A DNA stretch of 63,941 nt, the filler included, from Perkinsus olseni (lineage: Eukaryota), in the NCBI GenBank assembly GCA_013115125.1. It is 3 parts of 3 records of this genome, joined end to end, with 100 filler letters (N's around TTAATTAATTAA, not from the genome) between each part and the next. Parts side by side here need not be neighbours in the genome. Positions count along the whole stretch, not along the records: positions 23,854 to 47,583 come from JABANN010000516.1; 2 more parts are not named here. One strand, 5' to 3'. The notes beneath the pieces were generated by a model. It was not told the DNA's origin, did not search any database, and was given only the letters and a program-made list of their open reading frames with translations. Shown here piece after piece: positions 23,928 through 36,002 of the stretch. Position 1 is the stretch's first letter. Every line of letters begins with the position of its first letter. The position numbers and the translations under genes were made by a program.

Positions 23928-25695
23928 TTACAATATCCTGGCCTTACGAGCGCGATGAGCGACAGACCAGCCAGATGTCCCCGCAATCGTAAACATCCCA
24001 GTAAAGGAGATGCTCCGAGAATTCGTATTATGTCAAACACGCTCTGAAGCATTCAGTGGTGCTACTGTATTGATGAAGGTCACCAACATTTTTATGCTTC
24101 CGAACAGTCGTATGTTGCTACCGCTCCTGATGTCTTACGGTTACACCAATCACCGCGTCCTTGTCACCAGTTATCGCCGTTATCATGAATACTAAGCGTA
24201 TGGGTAATGACAAAATTCTATAAATTTTTGGTAAATTTTTCCTCACTCATTTCCCAATGACTCACTCAGAATGTTGGTCAGCAGGTGTCGGAAAACTCTC
24301 CGCCACGGCCAAATATCGTCTACTCGGACATACAGCCATACAGGTCACACCTAGGAAGATACAGAATTAAAGATTCTCACGCGCTATCCTACACATCTCC
24401 TCGTTTGCACTCAACTGGAGCAGATGAAACTACTGTCCACCTCTCGCTATCATTTTGCATTTTTCTTTCGCCTTTCCCGCTGACCTTCTTCGACCGATTT
24501 TTCGTTTCTTGAACTTGCACCCGAGACACTTCGAGTTTGCGAGAAGCGCGAAGTCATTCCAAGTTCACACTGTGAGTCAAAAAAACTCATGCGTTTCTCT
24601 CCTTTCTCACCCGTCAAATACGAATTTTGATGCGAAATGCGGTATGCGTTTTCCGCTGGGTTTTTTGCATATCCCGCGAAAACCCATCTTTTCTCCAGTC
24701 TTCTTTTTTCTCGGTTCTTTTACTACCTACTTTATCTTGTTGTTCACTCTTTCTCGTAATTTTTCCCTTACTTTCACCCGTATAATTTTTCATTTTCTCT
24801 TTCCAGCTGTGACACCCTTACCAAAAAGCCACCACAACCAACCCGACCAGGGTGTCATAATTTGGGCGACAGATTTTCTCGAGAGTAGAGTAAGCCGTTT
24901 AACACTAGAATTTCACCCGCAATATGAATTTTCGCCAAATTCACATTCGGCAGAAAGAAAGCGAGACGCGAACCAACTTAGCGCTCATGGCGAAGTGGCA
25001 CTCGACTATAACGAGGAGAGAGCCCCCACCGTCTCGTCCGAATCAATCCCGACCATTGGTCGGCGACCAACCCACCCAAAGCCCCTCTATGGCACGGCAA
25101 AAGCCTTTGTGTTTTGGTCTCGGTGTTGTAGAGGATGACGTAGTGAGCTGCCGTGTATGCTACTGTCACGTCGTCAGCGTATACGAGGTTACTCCGACCC
25201 TGAACGAGAAAAAAGATACTCAAAAAAATCTATGCTTCTTCCGTATCACAGGATTTACACAACGTAGAACAACAAGAAAAATCTTGAAATTTCAGTTGTT
25301 CTCCTCCCAAGTCAGGTCCAGAATTTCACGGATACTCGAAACCACGGCGATCACCCTCTAAACGCATCACAAGGGTTCTATTTTTTTCGCGTTTTGCACG
25401 GATAGGTGAAAAAAACTGTTTTTTGCGGATCAACAGTGAAATCCAAATACGGGTACAGATCAGCAGAAGAATATCATTCGCAATGAGAAATGGAGAGATA
25501 TCTGTTAAGTATCTTTGGTTGAAGGCAGTAAGATACAGGTTAACCTACCCGTGAACAACTGGAGCCAAAGATATGCTTTGGAGTGACCTCCACCTCCGCT
25601 CCGTCGTCTATGTGATATCGTAGCGGACTAGCGACTGACGACTTCCCGGGTGACAACACCGGATTGATCACTCCGCCAGACATCGCCAAACCAAG

Positions 25696-26090
25696 GCTGA
25701 GGGTGTCAGAATAATATCAACCTCAGATGGAGATCAAGACCATCTTTCGTTTTTCGACTACCGCCGCCGCCTCCTTGCATCGGCAGTTAAGATGAACAGG
25801 TTATAGCTAGAGGTGTCAGAAACGATCAATTTCACTTCGGCACTTTTTCGCTTTTTTTGCACTACTCCCCTCGGCAACACGTAACATTGAAAGCAAGCTA
25901 GAGGTGTCAGAAAACACTTTCTGAATGACGTCACAGTCTTTCCTCAATCAAACTACACGCGGGTCTCTCTTCGACGACGGCTGAGATGAGCAAGTTACAG
26001 CTAGAGGTGTCAGAAAGTTACAATTTCGCTTTAATTTTTTCATATGAACTTTTTTCGCAACACTTTCCTAGGCGACATGTAGGCGCTGAA
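25696..26090. repeat. Tandem degenerate repeats carrying four copies of AGCTAGAGGTGTCAGAAA (likely transposon subterminal region)
   Basis: Copies at 25696 (degenerate), 25805, 25896 and 25999; units 25790-25890 and 25985-26090 align; a fifth copy lies on the minus strand at 17594-17613. Confidence 0.7.
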
Positions 26091-26207
26091 AAATTCAGAA
26101 ATCACCCGTCCCTCCGAGACCCTTGACAAGACCAACAGCACTTTCATCAGTAGAAAACAACGACGACGACACCAATACAGCAGAAGCAAAAATCTTTTTT
26201 CATGAGC

Positions 26208-27410
26208 TTAACGAGGGTCAGCCAGCGTCTTCCGATCAGGTCTGGCCCAGCCTTGTACCCACTCGTCCACCTGACTCTCCCTGCCAGTAGCGTAGAGAGC
26301 TACTGCTCTCGCGCACTCATAAAATAGAGGAAGACCGTTGCCGTTGAAGCCAGCACAGACGAAAATATTTCTTCGACCGGGGACAGGGCCAACCAGTGGA
26401 AGACCATCGGGTGTGAAACAGAGGAGCTCAGACCATGATGAGCACGCTTCGACCTTGGATACGTCTCCTTGGGAGTGATCTTGAAGGTATCTTTCTAACC
26501 GTTTTGTGCCAGCTTCGAGCTCGGATGCGCCTTCGCCACCTATTAGGATTCGCTCTAGCACGGGCCGAGAAATGTAGACCGTGTCATTAACAGCAGCGAG
26601 CGTGCATTCGGCGAGTCGCGTATCTTCTTTTCTGCAGGGCACCGCAATGACATGACTCAACCTCTGAGTGAAGCAATGCGCCAGTTCCGGTAGCAGCACG
26701 CCAATAAAGGCGTTCGTGCACAGTACCACACCTTCACCAACTTTCAGACATCGGCCTCCCGCCAGGACCAGGGACAAGGAATCTTTTGAAATATATTCGA
26801 CCAGAGTGTTGAAACTGAACCTCACCTTGTACGTATCAGCTGCTTTCTTCGCAATCATGTAAGCCAACCGAACCGGGTTGGCCGTAAAAGTGTTAGGTTG
26901 CCGTATTCCTCCGTATCCATCACGCTTCGACCTAAGATTCGCCGCCAGCCAGCCCTCATCGCCGTCGAGGATCTCCACACCCCCCAACGCCGGAGTGTCC
27001 CCAAGCGCCCTCTGCTCGTCACGCTCTTCACTCGAACAGGCAAGTTCGATGCTTCCCCGTATCTTCGTAGCTTCAACCTCGGATACCGCCTTCGCTCCGC
27101 TCATTTCAAACCGTAATTTCTTCATCCCTCCCTCATCTTCATGAGCATGACTACTAGGCCAGACATGCCCACCATTACGTCCAGAAGCACGCCAGGCCAG
27201 GCGAGGGCCAGACTCAAGGACCAACACGCTGTGACCGGCGCGCCCCAGATGAAGAGCCGTCGCAACTCCCGTAAGACCAGCACCGACCACGACGTACTCA
27301 TAGGACCCTCTCAAAGGGTCCTCGGCAACGGGTAAGTCAACCTCAGGGGTGGTGGTCTGCCAATAGGACAACCCACCGGGCAGGTCACGTACAGACGCGG
27401 ACGTCATCAT
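26208..27410 (-). CDS. FAD-dependent oxidoreductase (DAO/glycine oxidase superfamily), intronless, 400 aa
   Basis: VVVGAGLTGVATALHL...VLVLE Rossmann motif, ASGRNGG, FTPDGLPLVG, CAGFNGNG. Confidence 0.92.
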   Translation of the reverse strand: MMTSASVRDLPGGLSYWQTTTPEVDLPVAEDPLRGSYEYVVVGAGLTGVATALHLGRAGHSVLVLESGPRLAWRASGRNGGHVWPSSHAHEDEGGMKKLRFEMSGAKAVSEVEATKIRGSIELACSSEERDEQRALGDTPALGGVEILDGDEGWLAANLRSKRDGYGGIRQPNTFTANPVRLAYMIAKKAADTYKVRFSFNTLVEYISKDSLSLVLAGGRCLKVGEGVVLCTNAFIGVLLPELAHCFTQRLSHVIAVPCRKEDTRLAECTLAAVNDTVYISRPVLERILIGGEGASELEAGTKRLERYLQDHSQGDVSKVEACSSWSELLCFTPDGLPLVGPVPGRRNIFVCAGFNGNGLPLFYECARAVALYATGRESQVDEWVQGWARPDRKTLADPR

Positions 27411-27511
27411 AATCGATTAGAATGGCGCGCGCGATTGACGGATGCTGCGACGACGGCTCACCAGCGTTTCCGACTAGCTTCACTACTTCATTTGATCATC
27501 ATCCAGTGATC

Positions 27512-28111
27512 ATGTTTCTGGTAAACTGGTTCTGGGATACACTAAACTGGCTCGGTCTCTCTCACAAGAACGCCAAAATCTTGTTCTTGGGTCTCGATAA
27601 TGCGGGCAAGACGACGCTGTTGCACATGCTGAAAGATGACAAGGTGGCCACTCACGTCCCGACGCTGCACCCTTGTTCTGAAGAGCTTCTTATTGGGAAA
27701 ATAAGATTCCGCACCTTTGATTTGGGTGGTCATGAAACTGCTAGGAGAATTTGGAAGGACTACTACGCTACTGTGGATGGTATCATTTTTTTGGTCGACG
27801 CCGCGGACCGCACAAGATTCCCTGAAGCGGCTGAGGAGTTGAGGCACCTGATGGAGAGTCCCGAGCTTCAGAACGTCCCCATCGTCGTCCTTGGAAACAA
27901 GATCGACGTGCGGACAGCTGCCAGCGAGGAGGAGCTGAGACAGTCGCTCGGGTTGTATTCTCACACCACCTTCGGTAAGGACGTTAACAAGCAGATGGTG
28001 AAGAACGCTCAGGAAGCTGGCATTAGGCCGGTGGAGGTGTTTATGTGCTCTGTGGTGAAGCGAATGGGCTACGCTGAAGGCTTCAGATGGTTATCAGAGT
28101 TCTTAGAGTGA
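27512..28111 (+). CDS. SAR1: Small GTPase Sar1 (COPII), intronless, 199 aa
   Basis: [16 protein letters not shown] amphipathic helix, [44 protein letters not shown]. Confidence 0.98.
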   Translation: MFLVNWFWDTLNWLGLSHKNAKILFLGLDNAGKTTLLHMLKDDKVATHVPTLHPCSEELLIGKIRFRTFDLGGHETARRIWKDYYATVDGIIFLVDAADRTRFPEAAEELRHLMESPELQNVPIVVLGNKIDVRTAASEEELRQSLGLYSHTTFGKDVNKQMVKNAQEAGIRPVEVFMCSVVKRMGYAEGFRWLSEFLE

Positions 28112-28162
28112 TGAGGAGAGGGGAGATTTAACAATCGGCAATCTGTACTGTTTCCCGCTACT

Positions 28163-28503
28163 ATACTCGTAAATACTAGTCTGAGGTTGATGTTGTCGTT
28201 GTTAATGGTAATTTCACAGGATTCGCCAGAAAGATGGTATTAATCACCATTTTCTACCAAAACACATTTCGAACCTCTTTGCGGTGTTGCGATCTTCAGT
28301 GATTACAATCGATTCATGGGAGAAGTTGAGAAAGGTGCGGTATGAAATTATGAATTTACTATACTAGCAAATACTACTCTTGTCGTTGATGTTGTCGTCG
28401 TTGTTAATGGTAATTTCACAAGATTCGGCGAAGCGATGGTATAAGCTACCATTTCCTACCAGTACTCATTTCGAAGGTCTTTACGGTGTTGCGGTTCTCA
28501 GTG
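28163..28503. repeat. Local tandem duplication (two copies of about 140 bp, period about 200 bp) downstream of Sar1
   Basis: gttgatgttgtcg...ttgttaatggtaatttcaca...catttcgaa...cggtgttgcg...cagtg occurs at 28163-28301 and 28361-28503. Confidence 0.85.
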
Positions 28504-28907
28504 TTTCCCATTTTCTGAAAGAGTGGTAGGGAATTCTCGATGCTGATCTGACAGTGATGGTTGGTGTTTTCCGATCTTTCTCGGCTTGCAAAAAAAGTGG
28601 TGGTGTGCTCTTTCTGGGGAATTTATGGTCGCTATTGGTCGTCATGATGCTTGAAAGAGTCTCGGTGATACCGGCAGTCGAAGAACTGTTCTACACCGCT
28701 GACGCAAAAGTTCGTTCAGCTCGCAGTTTTACAGTGAGGGCCATGAGCATTCTTCAAACCGTGAAAAACGGTAAAATTTGGGTTTTTCAGGTAGCGGAGC
28801 GCGGTTTCATCCGTGCGCGGAAAAACTCGTTCGCCGCAGCACTTTTTGCTTGTGAACTGATCGTGTCGAAATGATTCGGGAAAATTCCCAAGATCGATTT
28901 TTTGGTT

Positions 28908-30341
28908 ATGGCCTCGTCGTCATCAGACTACACCCTTCCTCATCTTTTCGCAGCCCTCAACAGCCCTGAAGACTCGGCAATCAACGAGAGGCGAAGAATT
29001 CAGGAGCAGTTGGCGTCTCTGGAGTCAGCGATGGCCGACGAGCTGTCTCAAAGGGGCCGCCTAGAGGCCAGCATTGAACGTTTATGCGACGCTAAAACCA
29101 GGACGGCGATGGACCGAATCGGGGACGCGATTGAGGCGGAGATGTTTCGAGTGACGAGGCGATTGGAGGTCGGTTTGGCTGGGTGATGCTCCTTTCATTG
29201 CATTGGTAATAAAAGTGGAAATGCTGAGTTACACGTTTCCCCCGGTTCCATCTGCTCTTGGTGGTAATGGTGGTGTTTTCAGCATCACAGTCTGTAATTT
29301 ACAGACTGTTTTTCATATTTTTTTTATTTTTTGTTATTTTCGCTACCACTCTGTTCATGAACTTCACCAGGTGTTTTCAGAATTTCGTAGATGAGCGGCT
29401 TGATAAGCTCTCTCGGGTGGTGGTGGAAACACAACGGCTGTGTTCGCAGCATGAAAAACAGCTGATTGCTTCGGCGGAGCGAAGCAGACAATTAGCCGCG
29501 TTCGAGTCCAGGTAGGCTGGTTTTGGTTGTTGGCTGTAGGCCAACGAGAGTATCTTAGGTTGGAGCGTAGATTGGCCGGGTATGATGAGAAGTTGTTCGA
29601 GTTGGAAAATGAAAAACTGAGGTGATGCCAGCGGTTTTCCCACGGGAGTCGGTATTCTCAGGGCTGCGGCTGACGAAATTTTCGAAAGAAAGAAAGAATC
29701 TTTGGTGGCGGACATGAAGGAACGAGAAGAAAGGTCGATCGCTGCACTACAGCGAAGAGTCAATGACATAGATGAGAGGGCGCATCGGTAGTATCGGGCG
29801 TTTTTTTGGAAGAAGTCAGTTGGCGCTGGAATGGGAGCTCGGAATCCTGCACGGTTGGTGTCGTTGAAAATGGGAATAATGAGGCAGTTTGACGTGGCGT
29901 GCTATTCGATGGTGGTCCTAGCGTCATGAATTTTGCGAGAAAAACAATTTTTTTTCGAAAACCTGAAACAACTTGGGAATGGTGTATGATACACCGTGTA
30001 TCCCCAGTTTAGAAATCTCCATGACGACGACGTCACGGGTAAGAGCGTCTCGGATTCTTGCACGCTTGATTTCACCAAGGATGTGAATGGTCTCTTCGTT
30101 TGGCCGCAAGGGACGTAACATATTGTTTCGGAAAACTGAAAAACATTCTCGACTGACTTAAATACTTGGATGGTGGATTTGTAGGTTGGAAATCTCCATG
30201 ACGACGTCGACGCTCAAACAAGAGATAACGGAACTGCGAGAAGCGCTGCTAAGAGAAATAGCCACTCGTGATGAATCTGATCGAGACGTGGTTGATGTGT
30301 TAACGCATTACGCACGTCTCATGCACCGCCAATTCGGATGA
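28908..30341 (+). CDS. SF-assemblin/beta-giardin-like coiled-coil protein, 4 exons
   Basis: Coiled-coil exons ending LREALLREIATRDESDRDVVDVLTHYARLMHRQFG*, matching the SF-assemblin C-terminal pattern (E..R...D..IV..L..Y...LQ). Confidence 0.6.
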
Positions 30342-30879
30342 GGTTGCTGATGTCTTTCCAGAGCTGCCGGGCTACTGTGTTTTGGCCACTAGTTGATGTA
30401 GACATCTGGGGAAGTCTACTTCGTGTGGCGAACTCCCCCGCGCCCAGACGACGAGTTACCCGTGGGGTTAGAAGCTGCGGCGTTGGGAAGCACGCGCAAT
30501 CTTCAGGGCGTAGGAGTTAGCTCGGACGCATTGTATAGTCTAGCCAGCACTTACTTTATTCAGCTAAAATTGGAGTTCAGTGGTGTATCACTTGTTGCGG
30601 CTTATATGCATGATCATCATTCGTCGCAAAGTGGAAAACTTCGGAAATTTTGGTATGTTTTGAAGTCGCGGAATATGCATGGCGGATGGAACCGGCGGCA
30701 TGGACCGAACAGTGTTCGTCGAGCACCATCGCGTGGCAGTTTGTGGTAGTGGTGATGACGAAGGGACAAACCACAGGTCCTGAAGCGATTCACCTGTTTT
30801 CACCAAGTTGGTAAGGCACTGGGCCAACAGACGCCATAGTGCGACACGATGCGGTGGCACTGTTGTTGCGATATGTGGC

Positions 30880-31140
30880 AATGCCTTGATGTTATCGGAA
30901 GAATCGTTATCGGCGACTCCTTCGCCGGCTCTCCCTGTCGCTGTACCTACTTGGTGTCTCTCAATCTAGTCGGCCTCGAAGGATGTATCGGAATGGCTGG
31001 TAACATGATTTCCAAGTGTGCGAGCTGTTTCAGTTTTTTTCACAGAAGACTCTCTGGGGGCTTGTGGCGTAAATTGTGTTGAAAACTTCAGGGAGAAGGA
31101 ATGTGTTGGTTGTTTGGTCGCGTCTGGCAGCGAAGATGAG
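30880..31140. repeat. Degenerate dispersed repeat, homologous to about 43150-43440 (possible decayed retroelement)
   Basis: ggaatgtgt(t/c)ggttgt(t/c)tggtcgcgtctggc..cg.(a/g)gatgagc and ggatgtatcgga are shared by both regions. Confidence 0.65.
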
Positions 31141-31763
31141 CCCAGAATTTGCGAATTTGCAGAATTTGCGCGGGCTTTGAAACGCCTCCGCTTACCTTCA
31201 CGAGAGTGTTCGGCGAGTGTTTCCGAGGGTACAATACACCATTTGGAGCTGCTACTCCTCGATGGAAGAAGCTCGAATGGAACTTCCTGTGGATGGCTGC
31301 GAACTTCGCAGTGCGAAGCCGACTCGCCGCTGTATTATACATCGGCCTGCATAGGAGTCCGGCCCATCTTTGATATCGCATTCTGGTGTACAGCACCATT
31401 TTCTCGACCGAAGCGTTTCAGGACACTTCCTCGTGGACTCGTTCCATTCAGTCGCAGTTATTCTCTACCAATAGCGGACTGTGATCCAGTATCTTGCTCA
31501 CCTCCATCAGGGTTCCATGCTCACCCTCTAGCTGTTGTCCTTCCCGTAACAACTTTTGATCATTACTTGTATGATCTCATCAGGCCCTGATGATCAGGGG
31601 TACATATGCATGTCGTTTTGTCAAATGTATGTCAATGGATGAATCCGAAAGGCTATGTATAGTGGGAGTGACTTAAGAGCAGGACGGCGCAGGACGTCCA
31701 TTCATACATCGCTGTGTCTTACCTTGTAGGTTCGGTCCAGGGCTCTTTCAGCCACGGGCGGAT

Positions 31764-32390
31764 TCATCCAGCAGGGTGTCTGAAAAGTACTCCCGAAATC
31801 GCGGTACGAACCCTGTCTATCTTGTTGAACAAGATTTGTTCACGAACCTTGTCTACTCTTTCGTCAATCTTACTAACCTGCTGTTGTTTACGACGAGGCG
31901 CTGCGCTCACTGAGCTACAACACTCGCTGTTTGAAACACACACTTTCTCGATGTACCAAATGATTATAGACGAACCGCAATTTGATCGAAACAATCTTGG
32001 ATTGAATCTGCAGTGGACCAATCGATCATGGACGAATGGCGGTAGTACCGCCGCGGTACACCAGTGAGCACATTCTAGGGGAGAATAAGAACCCAATTGA
32101 AGGTGATTTACCTCGTCCCGCGTGGCCTGAGAGGAGTTAATAAGTGCGTCGTAGGGAGCGGATAGAGATGTGCAGCCATCCGCTTACCAAGAATTTAGCT
32201 GACGATCCTCGTTGACGAAATAGGCGATCTACCACTGAGGCTCAGTGACTGAGCTAAAGCGCCCCACGTCGCTTCGTGCGAAGGCTTGAGCCCGACTGGA
32301 GCGAGTCGAAATTGCTTGCTCTAGGAGCAACTGTGCTGAGCGAGTCCCCTCAGCCGCTTCACTCACAATTGACGACGTGAACTCAGACAT
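31764..32390 (-). CDS. Hypothetical protein directly downstream of the spliced-leader relic, apparently intron-containing; 3' end uncertain
   Basis: ATG 14 nt after the SL: MSEFTSSIVSEAAEGTRSAQLLLEQAISTRS|MVDRLFRQRGSSAKFL|GTAAGC...CTCTCAG|ATRDE|GTAAAT... Confidence 0.45.
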
Positions 32391-32404
32391 TAGGAAGACT
32401 GAGA

Positions 32405-32424
32405 CTTGAGCCAAGATGGCTACG
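32405..32424 (-). other. Genomic spliced-leader (SL) relic
   Basis: CGTAGCCATCTTGGCTCAAG equals the last 20 of 22 nt of the Perkinsus SL ACCGTAGCCATCTTGGCTCAAG; it is followed by TCTCAG, not a GT donor. Confidence 0.9.
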
Positions 32425-33399
32425 CGCAATCTCTCCGCTCTGCGAGACGCTCCCCCTCGCCGGTCACGTCACCCGTGACCGTCTCCTGAGCCTCCTGAGT
32501 CGACGTTGTCGACCCATGCCAGCGGGAGTTCGTCACTCGACGATCCGATGAATTTGTTACTCGCGGGGTTTGAGAGCACGCGCAATTGTGAGTGTACAGT
32601 GATTTCGATTTTGATTGGCCAAAATGGAAAAAGCGCATAACTTCTCGGCTACGGACGATTTTACAACCAAACTTTCACACAATGAAGCCGACTAGGTTGA
32701 AATCTGACAAATAAATCTGGTTGACTAGGTTGAAATCTCACGGTCTGAAATAAAGCATTTTCAACAAGACTCTATAATTTTTAACAACATATCGATCACC
32801 GTTTCATTTCTAGGGCGGTGAGAGCGACAGACCTATGTACGCTGTGGACTCCACAACGTGGAGGCTAGCTCGTCTCTGATATGATAAGATTTCACTTCAA
32901 GAAATTGGGGTTTGCATTCTTATATCATCCTGTTGGAGCGAATGATAATTTTTAGACGAATGGGATATCTCGAAAATCGCGAAGGGTTGTGAAGTAGAGT
33001 CTCTCTCCATCAAGAACTGCCTAAGTTGGCCAAACGCATCATTTCCCAGGAAGGGACCGGGGTTTTTTCCCAAGGGAAATATTTCCCTGAAATTCCCTGG
33101 GGAAAAATTTCCCACTTTCTCGGCGGGAAAACCCAGGTAGCATGGCGGATGCTGCCGGTGGTCTCCACAGTCAATCCGAGAACTGTGAAGCTGAATCAGG
33201 ATCAGGTTGCTGATCAATCTAATGTTGCTAATGTTGCTATGTTGCTGAATCAATCTGTGCTCGACCTGTGCAAAATGCCTGGGCGCTACAGGGTGCATTG
33301 GAACTTACCAAGGTAGAGTCTTGGTCATATGGAAACTCTAGCAACAGCCCGTTATCAACTGGTGAACAAGTTGTTCAAAACAACGCGATGTCGTTTCCT

Positions 33400-33863
33400 A
33401 GCGAAGAGGGCTGGAAAATGCTCGCATCATACCCAGTGGTTGCACCGTCAGTACCACCGCAGCTGATGAAAATTACACGTATTTAGCGTGACGCCAACTC
33501 AAACTTGAAGCAAGGCGCGTATAGGGCTACTTTAAGCTAGAACTCAAGTTGGTTCAGCTAACGCTATAGAGTGCAGCCTTCGACTAGTTCCCATCCAGTC
33601 CAGCTTGAAGCTGAAGCTAGAAGCTTCCAGCTTTTACCGTCTTCTGGTCCATAGAGTGTCTTAGGCGAAATAATCCGAGCGAAATAATTCCGACTCGAAA
33701 TAATATGATTTCATCGGGACCGCGTTTACTGGCTGTCTCTGTCGAAGATTAGCCGACTTGCTGAATCGGTAGCAATGAGTTGTCAGTACGACATACGTAC
33801 GAGCTTCCTTTACATGGCTATCTTGCGGGATGGCAATCGTGCATGTGCTCACGGAGACAATAC
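33400..33863. repeat. Segmental duplicate of the upstream region of the secreted-protein family (other copies about 40990-41475 and 42385-42725)
   Basis: Long near-identical stretches (taccaccgcagctga...; ccgactcgaaataatatgatttcatcgggaccgcg...gtgcatgtgctcac) plus a remnant ATGCGAGCATTTT start shared with 42401. Confidence 0.9.
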
Positions 33864-34914
33864 CGGCGGGACTGACTTACTCAAGCGATAATAACCGCTC
33901 GCGTGAAGGTGGTGGCCGTAGGCAAACTTAGCGTTAGATCTCGCACGATATTCTCGTTCTCTCACTCCCGTCGGAGTGTCATCGACAAAAGGTCTAAGGT
34001 TTGCCTCCGTATCTTGTTAAAGAATTTCATTATGTGACTCTCGTATTGTGTTTGACGTGTGTTCCTGACTCAGGAATCCTGAGCCGAGGTTCGATCCCGG
34101 GCGACCCGCCTGGATGTCATCCACGCTCATTGAGCGTCGACGGGTATTTCGGAAATACTATTTCTCCAAAATCCAAGGTAACGTCTTCAGGGAGCGGGTT
34201 GCTTTGGGCAACAGTTCGGGTCCTTCTTGCCTCCACCCAAAATTGAGGCTTTTTCTGTTGCCAAACTAAACATTCTGATTTCAGAGCGTGCGCGGGTAGC
34301 GGTTGCTCTATGTGATCGTAGAAATTCAAGCTAAGTAGGCTAGAGCTTGTATTGCAAAGTAAAGTTTAGGTTAAGTTTTTATTGGTTTGCGGTCGTTTCT
34401 GGTTGGACCATCCTTACGTGAAGTACTATCGTGGCAACCCAAGGCTCGGTGGGCTAGTTATTATCTATCCTTTAGTATTAATTGGTACTATCGACTGGTT
34501 GCGTTAATCTAGTGGGATGAGTGCATTTTCTCGCGACATTGGGCATTGACATGGAAACCCAACAGGGCTCCAAACACCTTTCAAAGGTGACCTTTGCCTG
34601 CCTCTCGCACGCGCTTCCTCGGATTTTGTACTTCACCCGAGCGTCGACATACCACGCTACCAAACTGGCGGCATACGGGAAGAGCGCACTTTGACGGCCA
34701 AGTGAGGTCTGTCAGCCGCAGGCTCCCCTAAAGCCGCTTCCATGGACAGCGGATCGAGCGTGCGAGAGTAGCGAGTGTGAAATCGCAGAGAAGGAGGATG
34801 CGCACCGTGAAGATTCCAACACAACACCGCACGGCGGAAACAGAAATGGTGTTGCGCTGAAGCACTCATGGAACGGAAACCACTACGGAGAGTTCCAACC
34901 ATACAGGTGGACAA

Positions 34915-36002
34915 CAGGGTGGCCGTTCTTTCATTCTTTCCTTCAGAAAGAAAGGCTATTTTTCCTGAAGGAAAGAATGCCTATTTTTCCCCGGAAAAAT
35001 AGGAAAAATAGGAAAAAATTGGAAATTTTGGAGGAAATTGGGGAAAAAGAGAGAAAAACTCAAGAAAAAAGGCGAAAAAGGAAGAGCGAGATGTAGTTGA
35101 TCACTAATCAATGTTTAGAGGCATAGAGATGTGCCGTAGTTCTGACAGAAATATAATTGAAACATTCGGGAGATTTACACACTCGTAACGACGGAATCGA
35201 TGGATCTCGTCGTTGGATCCTAGGCGCGCAGGAGTGTCCATCAAAGCTCGGAGCTCACGGAAAAGAGAGAAACGTGCGGCCCTTGCTCCTACTGGTGGAG
35301 TGTGAAAGACGAGTGTGGAATTTGAAGTTATATATACCTTGCCACACAAACTCCCTGCGGGACGGCTGCACAAGAGCGTTTCTTCAGTTGTACAGAATTT
35401 GTGGCCAGGTAAACCTGCCAAGCATGTAGTAGTTGTGATTGTCTCAGCACCAGTGCCCAAGCTTTCCTTAGGGATAACCTGTTAATACTATATTTAGAGA
35501 CGCCTTCCTCCGCTGGGCAACCACAAGGAGGTTTCACGGGACCGCTGTGAGAAGTGATTCTCACGAGCGCGTATTCAGCAGCTCATCCGGTACAGATGGT
35601 TCCGTTTCGTCGAGTCACTTAATATGAGTGCCACCGATGATCCCACGTTGAAAAAGTAGACTAAATTCATAATTCTTGAAGCCCTATGCCTCATGATTAC
35701 TCCTCCAATGGAGAATCTCCATGTTTCGTTTCAGTGACTACAGAGTCCAAGCGACCCGGGAGAGTGAAGGAACGCTTACAGTTCACCTCTTAAGCAGAGC
35801 TCCTCAAGACCGGCCCCCTGCAGTGTTCACCAGGAAGTGTGGAAGGCCGGTCGAACCTATTGGATCCATTCCCCTTGCTTGCGAATCGCTCCTTAGCGAA
35901 AAATTTTATATTTTGCCTATTTTTCCTATTTTTCCCTATTTTTCAGCAGGAAAAATAGGCCGAAGGAAAGAATGTCTATTTTTCCTTCCACCGGCCACCC
36001 TG
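34915..36002. mobile_element. Non-autonomous hAT-type DNA transposon, 1088 bp
   Basis: 11-bp TIR CAGGGTGGCCG/CGGCCACCCTG; 8-bp TSD GTGGACAA (34907-34914) / GTAGACAA (36003-36010), 7/8 match; subterminal GGAAAAATAGG arrays at both ends. Confidence 0.85.

Noticed and set aside
23798-24052. Poly-Ile ORF and TTAATTAATTAA palindromes at the gaps (also ORFs at 47425-47635)
   Set aside because: Assembly linker and microsatellite artefacts; adjacency across the gaps is not evidence.
24455-25361. Long ORFs with a faint BED-finger-like CxxC (VSCRVC)
   Set aside because: T-rich low-complexity frame with no DDE or other transposase motifs; too weak to call.
27422-27511. 30-aa N-terminal extension of Sar1 and the HPC substitution
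   Set aside because: The conserved Sar1 start is ATG 27512; the switch-I Thr (VPT) is intact and the following position varies among alveolates.
32405-32424. SL RNA gene
   Set aside because: No GT donor follows the leader's terminal AAG; a short UTR and an ATG follow instead.
32596-32801. Tc1-like MITE upstream of the SL relic
   Set aside because: The left end TA-CAGTGATTTCG is plausible, but the right TIR is too degenerate to support a call.
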